A stretch of 64,000 nucleotides of DNA. It comes from Mobula birostris (Eukaryota). The stretch lies in assembly GCF_030028105.1 (NCBI RefSeq), contig NC_092376.1, positions 178,660,080 through 178,724,079 on the forward strand. Direction: 5' to 3'. Numbering within the stretch: position 1 is the stretch's first letter; every line of letters starts with the position of its first letter. The notes beneath the pieces were generated by a model, which worked only from the letters and a program-made list of their open reading frames with translations, made no database searches and was not told the origin of the DNA. Below are positions 56,959 to 64,000 of this stretch, piece after piece. The position numbers and the translations under genes were made by a program.

Positions 56959-59346
56959 ATGGCGTCCAAATCCATATTAAGCTTCACTGTAATTGCACAC
57001 AGTTTTATCGTGTGTGCTGCGGAGCAAATTCTAGGACAATTTCGTTATTCTATTCCCGAGGAAATGGTCGAAGGGACAATTGTTGGGAATATTGCTCAAG
57101 ATTTGGGATTGAATGTACCGCTTTTATCAGCTCGTAAATTTCTTCTCAGCGCTAATGACGGAGAACGGTACATGAAGGTTAGTTTGGACAATGGGCTTTT
57201 ATTCATTTGTGAAAGAATCGACAGGGAACGTATTTGTGGGCAAGCAGATATGTGTACTATACCTTTGGAAATAATACTGGAAAATCCATTAGAGATATAT
57301 CGCGGCGAAGTGGAGATTCTTGACGTAAATGACAATTCTCCTACATTTCGGGACACACATATTGCCTTACAAATGTCTGAAGCCATGACACCGGGGATAC
57401 GTTTTCGGCTCAACAGCGCGGAAGATGCTGATACTGGAATGAATACGGTCGCGAATTACACAATCAGTTCGAGTGACTACTTCAGTCTGAAAACACGGAG
57501 AACCGAGGAGGGTATTATAATTGCTGAGTTGCTGTTAGAGAAACCTTTGGATCGAGAGCTACAATCATCCTTTCAACTGGTGCTTACTGCTGAGGATGGT
57601 GGGAATCCCTCGAGAACCGGAACAGCTCAGATTCTCATTACTGTACTCGACTTCAATGATAATCCTCCTGTATTCGAGCATGATGTTTACAGGGGCACTA
57701 TTAATGAAGACGCACCACAAGATACCATTGTGTTAAAAGTTAAAGCAAACGATTTGGACGAAGGGCTGAATGCAGAGCTAACATATTCTTACAGCGATGT
57801 TATTACTTCGCGAAAAGTACGTGATTTGTTTTCCTTGGACCCCAAAACTGGCGAGATTCGAGTCAAAGGGCCGATAGATTTTGAAAAATCAAGCAGCTAT
57901 TCACTCCATATTCAAGCTGTTGATCACGGGTCACCTGCGATTACGGGACACTCGAAAGTGCTGATCAAGGTAACTGATGTAAATGACAACGCACCCGAGA
58001 TAAAAGTGAGGTCAACCACAAACCAAATCCCGGAAAATGCTACCCCCGGAAATTTAATTACCTTGATTGATGTTATCGATCGTGATTCTGGACAGAACGG
58101 CCAAGTGCGCTGCGAAATACCACAGGACGTCCCTTTTATGCTACAGAGATCGTCCAATCATTATAAATTAATTACAAGTGGAACGTTGGACCGTGAAACT
58201 GTGTCTGATTATAAAATACCTATTGCAGCCTGGGATTTGGGGTCACCTTCACTGTCAACAAATATAACCATCCATATCGTAGTTACAGATATAAATGATA
58301 ATGCCCCACTCTTTACTGAACTGCCCTACAACTTTTATGTGACTGAAAATAACTCTCCTGGAGCCTCTACCTTCGCAGTAACGGCGTCGGATCCTGATCT
58401 GGAGCAGAATTCCTATGTTTCTTATTCCATTCTGGACAGTTACATTCAAAACTTGCCAGTGTCCACGTGCTTGAGCATTAACTCAGTGAACGGCACCATT
58501 TACGCTCTGCGCTCTTTTGACTATGAGGAACTCAAAAGTTTTCAGTTCCATGTTCAAGCCCGTGACGCTGGAGTGCCGCCGCTGAGCAGCAGCGCTACTG
58601 TGAATGTCATCATCCTGGATCAAAATGACAACGCGCCAGTGATTGTTTCACCTTCAGTACACGGTGAGTCATCAGCCGTGGAAACCCTGCCCCGGTCAGC
58701 GGGTCAGGGGTTCTTGGTCACCAAGATAATGGCCACTGATGCAGATTCTGGTCAGAACGGACGGTTACTTTACCAAATGGTGAACGCTACTGATCCCAGT
58801 TTGTTTATCATCGGTCAAACGTCTGGTGAAATCAGAACAGCGCGCAAAATCTTGGAGGAGGATTTCAACACACAAACTTTGGTAATCTTGGTGAAAGACA
58901 ACGGGCAGCCAAGCCTATCTAGTACAGTTACCCTTCACATCACAATTTTGCAGAACAGCTCCGAAACTCTCACTAAAAGCAGTAATTTAGTGAGAAATTC
59001 AGAATATTTATCCGATTTAAATCTTTATTTATTGGGTATTTTCAGTTGCACTTCCATTGTCTTTCTTCTGATTATCATTGTGCTCATTGGGATCAAGTGT
59101 AAACAGGACAGAAATAACACCCAAGAGTATACTTCCCCCAGTTATTGTTACAAACGTGGGGATATGCAGGACACGTTTAATCGAAGATCTGCGGTGGAGG
59201 AAACATTACGCTATCCTGGTACGGACCAGATAGTCCGCATGCCAGGACTGCCTCAGTACTCGGTCTGCCTGTCTCCAGAATCAGCGAAAAGCGACTTCCT
59301 TTTCTTGAAGCCGTGCGGCCCTGCCATTTCTCAGGCTCAATGCTAA
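56959..59346 (+). CDS. Clustered protocadherin, 795 aa from the ATG at 56959
   Basis: ACAATGG start as in the paralogues (the ORF track starts upstream at a TTG). QFRYSIPEE, CGQADMC, 6 EC, TM, tail YSVCLSPESAKSDFLFLKP. Confidence 0.95.
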   Translation: MASKSILSFTVIAHSFIVCAAEQILGQFRYSIPEEMVEGTIVGNIAQDLGLNVPLLSARKFLLSANDGERYMKVSLDNGLLFICERIDRERICGQADMCTIPLEIILENPLEIYRGEVEILDVNDNSPTFRDTHIALQMSEAMTPGIRFRLNSAEDADTGMNTVANYTISSSDYFSLKTRRTEEGIIIAELLLEKPLDRELQSSFQLVLTAEDGGNPSRTGTAQILITVLDFNDNPPVFEHDVYRGTINEDAPQDTIVLKVKANDLDEGLNAELTYSYSDVITSRKVRDLFSLDPKTGEIRVKGPIDFEKSSSYSLHIQAVDHGSPAITGHSKVLIKVTDVNDNAPEIKVRSTTNQIPENATPGNLITLIDVIDRDSGQNGQVRCEIPQDVPFMLQRSSNHYKLITSGTLDRETVSDYKIPIAAWDLGSPSLSTNITIHIVVTDINDNAPLFTELPYNFYVTENNSPGASTFAVTASDPDLEQNSYVSYSILDSYIQNLPVSTCLSINSVNGTIYALRSFDYEELKSFQFHVQARDAGVPPLSSSATVNVIILDQNDNAPVIVSPSVHGESSAVETLPRSAGQGFLVTKIMATDADSGQNGRLLYQMVNATDPSLFIIGQTSGEIRTARKILEEDFNTQTLVILVKDNGQPSLSSTVTLHITILQNSSETLTKSSNLVRNSEYLSDLNLYLLGIFSCTSIVFLLIIIVLIGIKCKQDRNNTQEYTSPSYCYKRGDMQDTFNRRSAVEETLRYPGTDQIVRMPGLPQYSVCLSPESAKSDFLFLKPCGPAISQAQC

Positions 59347-59913
59347 ATTACGGGGATCTACAATATTAACGTATGCTTATTTCATGTGTGCTTATTTTTG
59401 TTTACATCCTGAGATGTGGGGTACTGGGGTAAAGTATTTCAGAACATATTCCTTTCCAGCAACTGTTTTTTTAATGTTCCGTTGACGGAGCGTATAGTTG
59501 TTATGATGGCCAAAGATGAAATTTACATCAACCGGAACCCACCCGTCTGAGCATGGCATCTGTTACCCCTGGAGAATCTTACCAACTGTCACTGAATGGC
59601 ATGTTCAAATGCGTTACTATTCAGTCGGTAGCGTGAAAAGGAAAATAACGCTTGGATTCGTATGCTTACTTGATCTTTTGATATTTTGAAAATTGAATTT
59701 AAAATGCATTGACACATTGAACTGTGTTCTAGTTGAGGTATTAGCAGTTCACAGAATACATGCGGAGGCAAATGTGCAGCTGTTTTCATTTGAGAGACCA
59801 AAAATATACTGCAGACCCTTAGCCTGTCAGTCTGCATCTCTGAAAAGCAGCTGTTTTCTTAGTTTCACATCCGTGCTGCTTGTCAGAGCGACTAAAATGA
59901 ATAAAGAATTTAG

Positions 59914-60003
59914 TAACACACACAAAATGCTGCCTGGCCCGCTGAGTTCCTCCAGCATATTGTGTATGTTGCTTGGATTTTCAGCATCTGCAGGTTTTCT
60001 TTT
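59914..60003 (+). repeat. Penelope-derived short quasi-palindromic fragment
   Basis: acacacaaaatgctg...cagcatattgtgtatgt inverted arms. The central hammerhead region is missing. Confidence 0.55.
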
Positions 60004-60799
60004 GTTTGTAAAGAATTTAAGTGTAACAATTACAGTGCATACGATTGAGGGCTGGATGTAAGAAAGCGATATCACCGATATGGACAGTCCATGGGTGACA
60101 CCGTAATAGTTTTCGTGACCTCGGTACTTATTTTTTTTTTTTGGTTTCTATATATCGTACTGCTGACAGCAGGGATGTAGGATATGCCAAGCAGTGGCGA
60201 GGGTGATCTGTTTCAAATCTAAACTCATCTCTTCTCCTGCAAGAAAGAACAAGAACCGTGTCGCTATATATTACTTCCTACTCAAACAGATTTTAAAGTG
60301 CATGGAATTTACGCAATAGCCAACAAGATTTCATTCCCCGCACTTTTTCATTCTTTTAAAGCATTTCGCCTATGTACTTCTACATAGTGCGCAAAGCAGG
60401 CCCTTCCTCCCCCTCCCTCCCTTGCCCCCGTCCAACGATCTGCATCACAGGGAGAAGTGATTTGCATAGAACACTTCTATTCTACTCCTGAAGCATATTA
60501 ATTTGGATAAATACCCATGGCTTGATCCAGCGTTTCCTGCGATATTTTGGGAAGCTGGAGAGTACATTGCAAAGGTCTGGCAGAGATGTATATACACAGT
60601 TTACTTTTGTCAAGCCTTTGGTGCAGGCAGGTGTTTTGTGATGCACCTATATTTAAAGAAGTTTCAAGAGCAACCCAGGGATCTGCAGGCCGGTGACAAT
60701 CTCTGTAGGAAATTTATTAGAGGGGTTCCTGAGGGCCAGGATCTGCTAGCATTTGCATTGGGAAGAATTTAAGGGAATAGCTTGAATTTGTGCTTGGGA

Positions 60800-61700
60800 T
60801 GTTCTGTCGCACAAGCTGGTCTGAGCTTTTTGAACAGGCGCTGAAGAAGACGATGAAATCAGGGTAGTAGATATTAACTGCATAAAGTTTAACAAGCCCT
60901 TTGACGTGGATCTTTATAGCTGTTTACACTGAAAGGGTAAGTCACATGGGATCCAAGACGAGTTAGCGAGTTAGTCAGCTGGATAAAAAATGACGAAGTG
61001 AACTAATTCAGGGGTGCTATTTTGGGTTGTAATTTATATTGGTGGTCTGTGATCAATGGTGTGTCAAAGGTATCAGTGCTGATTTCATTCTTATTTGTTA
61101 TTTATATTTACTGTTTGCATAAAAATATTGCTTGCACGGTTAGTATGCTTGTGGAGAATATCAGAAAAGGCAATGTACTAGAGAGTGAAGAATAATATCT
61201 AAGCTAAATTCAACATCTTCTAGAAAACTGTGCAAGTGGTCAAAGAAAGGTAGATCAAATATAAGTTAGACAGGTATGACCTGTTTAAATTTGTTCCATT
61301 AAACCAGGAAGTGTGTACACAGTAATTCCTGCAAATCTGAAGAGCATCATAGAGCAGAAACCTAAAGGCGCAGGTATATCGTTGCCTGAAGGTAAAGACA
61401 GCCGTACACGGTGTGGGGAAGAAATAATTTAATCTATTTACTTTCATAAACCACTATTTAGATTACTGATCCGCAGCTTTATGTTGCAACTGTGCGGTTC
61501 GTTGGTGTGAAACTACACTTATGATATGGTGTGCGGAAAGATAGCAATAGCTGGTAATGGCAAAGAAATTTTTCGCAAGGTGCTCCCAGCACTGGTGGGC
61601 TTACGTCAGATGGAGTGGCTGGATAGGTTGAACTTTTTTTTAATCAGTAAGATAGGAGTCAGAGCATTGACCTTATGACGGTGTAAGAAATCAAACTGAG
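60800..61700 (+). mobile_element. Highly decayed CR1 RT fragment
   Basis: Remnants of CR1 motifs (gtagatatt..., caatggtgtgtcaaaggtatcagtgctg ~ SGVPQGSVL, ttatttgttatttatattta ~ LFVIYIN). Confidence 0.55.
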
Positions 61701-61789
61701 ACAAATAAGAGTAGAGTTGATAGAGTTGTTGGTCGGTATTAACATGTTCAGCCAAAGAGCTGATCTTAGAGTTTTATTACTAATACAAG

Positions 61790-62030
61790 AAATTGGTCAT
61801 CGCAATGTGGTGGTTCTACATTGGTGAAATAAAAACAGATTGGGTGATTGATTTCAGCGCACAGGCTTACAAACATGCATCCGGTAGTTATACACGTTGA
61901 TTCGATGTCTCATGAACACTTCGACGTTTCTGAATTTGGCTTCCCGCATTGTTTCAACGAGGCAAATCAAGACAGCAAGATTGAGGAGTAACACTTCATC
62001 TTCCTGTTGGGAATATTTCAAAATTTAGTT
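61790..62030 (+). mobile_element. Decayed Penelope GIY-YIG endonuclease remnant
   Basis: ctacattggtgaaa (YIGE), agattgggtgat (RLGD), gaggagtaacacttcatcttcctgttggga (EE.H.IF.LG). Confidence 0.55.
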
Positions 62031-62879
62031 TTGAATTAATTTTATTGTTTCTTTCTAGCTGTCTGAATCAAAGCTGGTCATTCTTGCCTGTCATTGTTTT
62101 CGCTTGTATTGTTCTCTATATATTTCTATGATTTATAGGTGTAGTTTGGAGAACAATGTCCTTCGGTCTATCACCTGAATACAGACCTTAATGCTTATAG
62201 ATACTAATTCCACCTGCGTGTTTTAACTTCATATTTCTCTATACCATACCCATTCGGGACATGTGCAATGGCGCCTGAACGGTATTAATATCCTGCCTCC
62301 ACCTCCCCCTCTGGCAGCTCGTTTCCATTACCTGTTACAATTGTGTGAAAACATTCCCCCAAGTTCCCCTTCAATTTTCTGAATAATTAAAAAACCCATA
62401 ATGCTAAAATGTGTAAACTTGGAATACAAAACCAAGGTAATCTAAGACATTGAAATTGATTATTTAGCATACAGAAATAATGCAGAATGTTTATACTTAA
62501 CAAACTTGAGATGGATACAAATTGAATTGGAGCTTGGTCAAAATGAACCTGGACGTTTATGAGTTGGAATTTATGCATGGTGATCCTGTTTCTTAGCTGA
62601 GAGGATTTTGCTTAGTAAAATAACAGAAATAATGATCAAGTATGATTCATTCAGAGGGCGGGGAACATCCCAATTTTTTATCTGCTTTAGACTTGGGCGC
62701 AACTATTAAATAAAAATCACATTCTACATTTTCAAAGCGGTGTGCCTTTCGCTTTGATAACTGAATACCGCACAATTTCTGCTTGAACGTCTTCAAATAA
62801 TTCAAACATTTGCGCTGGTATCACTACCTTGATTTTTGAATGCTCGCTATATAATTGATTTTCGTCGCTCACCATGGAA

Positions 62880-64000
62880 CCATGGAACTATAGAACATTA
62901 CAGCACAGAAACAGGCCCTTTGGCTCTTCTTGGTTGTGCCAAACCATTTTTCTGCCTAGTCCCACTGACCTGCACCTGGACCATATCCCTCCATACACCT
63001 CTCATCTATGTGCCTGTTCAAGTTTTTCTTAAATGTTAAAAGTGAGCCCACATTTACCACTTTATCTGGCAGTTCATTCCACACTCCCACCACTCTCCGT
63101 ATGAAGAAGCCCCCACTAATGTTCCCTTTAAACTTTTTCCCCTTCACCCTTAACCCATGTCCACAGGTTTTTTTTTCTCCTCTAGCCTCAGTGGAAAAAA
63201 ATCTGCTTGCATTCACTCTATCTATACCCATCATAATTTCATATACCTCTATCAAATCTTCCCTCATTCTGCTATGCTCCAGGGAATAAAGTTCAAACCT
63301 ATTCAACTTTTATCTGTAACTCAGCTTCTCAAGTCCCGGCAACATCCTTGTAAACCTTCTCTGCACTCTTTCAACCTTATTCTTATCCTTCTGTAATTTT
63401 GTGACCAAAATGGCAGACAATACTCCAAGTTCGGCCTCAACAATGCATTATACTATCTCCCCATAACATTCCAGCTGTTATAATCAATAGTTTGATTTAT
63501 AAAGACCAATGTACCAAAAGCTCTCTTTACGACCTTATCTACCTGTGACGCCACTTTTATGGAATTTTGTATCTGTATTCCCCGATTCCTCTGTTCCACT
63601 GCAGTCCTCAGTGCCCTACCACTTACCTTGTATGTTCTAACTTGGTTTGTCTTTCCAAAGTGCAATACCACACACTTGTCTGTATTAAACTCCATCTGCC
63701 ATTTTTCAGCCCATTCATCCAGCTGGTTCAACTTCCTCTGCAAGGTTTGAAAAACTTCATCGCTGTCCATTGCACCTCCAATCTTTGTATCATCAGAAAA
63801 TTTGCTGATCCAATTTACCACACTATCATCCAGATCATTGGTATAGATGACAAATAACACTGATCCCTGTGACACACCACTAATCACAGGCCTCCACTCA
63901 GAGAAGCAATCCTCTGCTACCACTCTCTAGCTTCCTCCACTGAGCCAATGTCTAATCCAATTTACTATCTCACCATGTATACCTAGCGAATGAATCTTCC
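62880..64000 (-). mobile_element. CR1 LINE 3' portion, continues past the window
   Basis: SGVSQGSVL, SKFSDDTKIGG, WAEKWQMEFNTDKC, REDLIEVYEIM, RVVGVWNELP. Confidence 0.9.

Overview
This is vertebrate genomic DNA, most likely from a cartilaginous fish (probably a ray), inferred from the repeat families present. The window is part of a clustered protocadherin (Pcdh) locus. It holds four intact ~2.4-kb Pcdh ORFs on the + strand (5145-7535, 10404-12794, 39345-41759, 56959-59346), each encoding a signal peptide, 6 cadherin repeats, a TM helix and a short tail. It also holds one doubly truncated Pcdh pseudogene (~24583-25873) and the 3' flank of a further gene that ends just before base 1. Every intact gene has the same multi-block promoter with near-fixed spacing (AGCTTTAAGA / ATTGAC / CSE-like GTCGCTGT / CCAAT / GATCCATTGC). 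The ORFs stop at an equivalent codon with no conserved splice donor, which suggests beta-like single-exon genes. Intergenic DNA is dense with nested mobile elements: CR1, Rex1, RTE, Penelope remnants, tRNA-SINEs, a Gmr1-type Gypsy element (IN-RT-RH order), a solo LTR, a minisatellite-LTR non-autonomous element and a decayed class I (epsilon-like) endogenous retrovirus with a tRNA-Ser PBS. All identities and boundaries were read by eye, and repeat boundaries are approximate unless a TSD is quoted.
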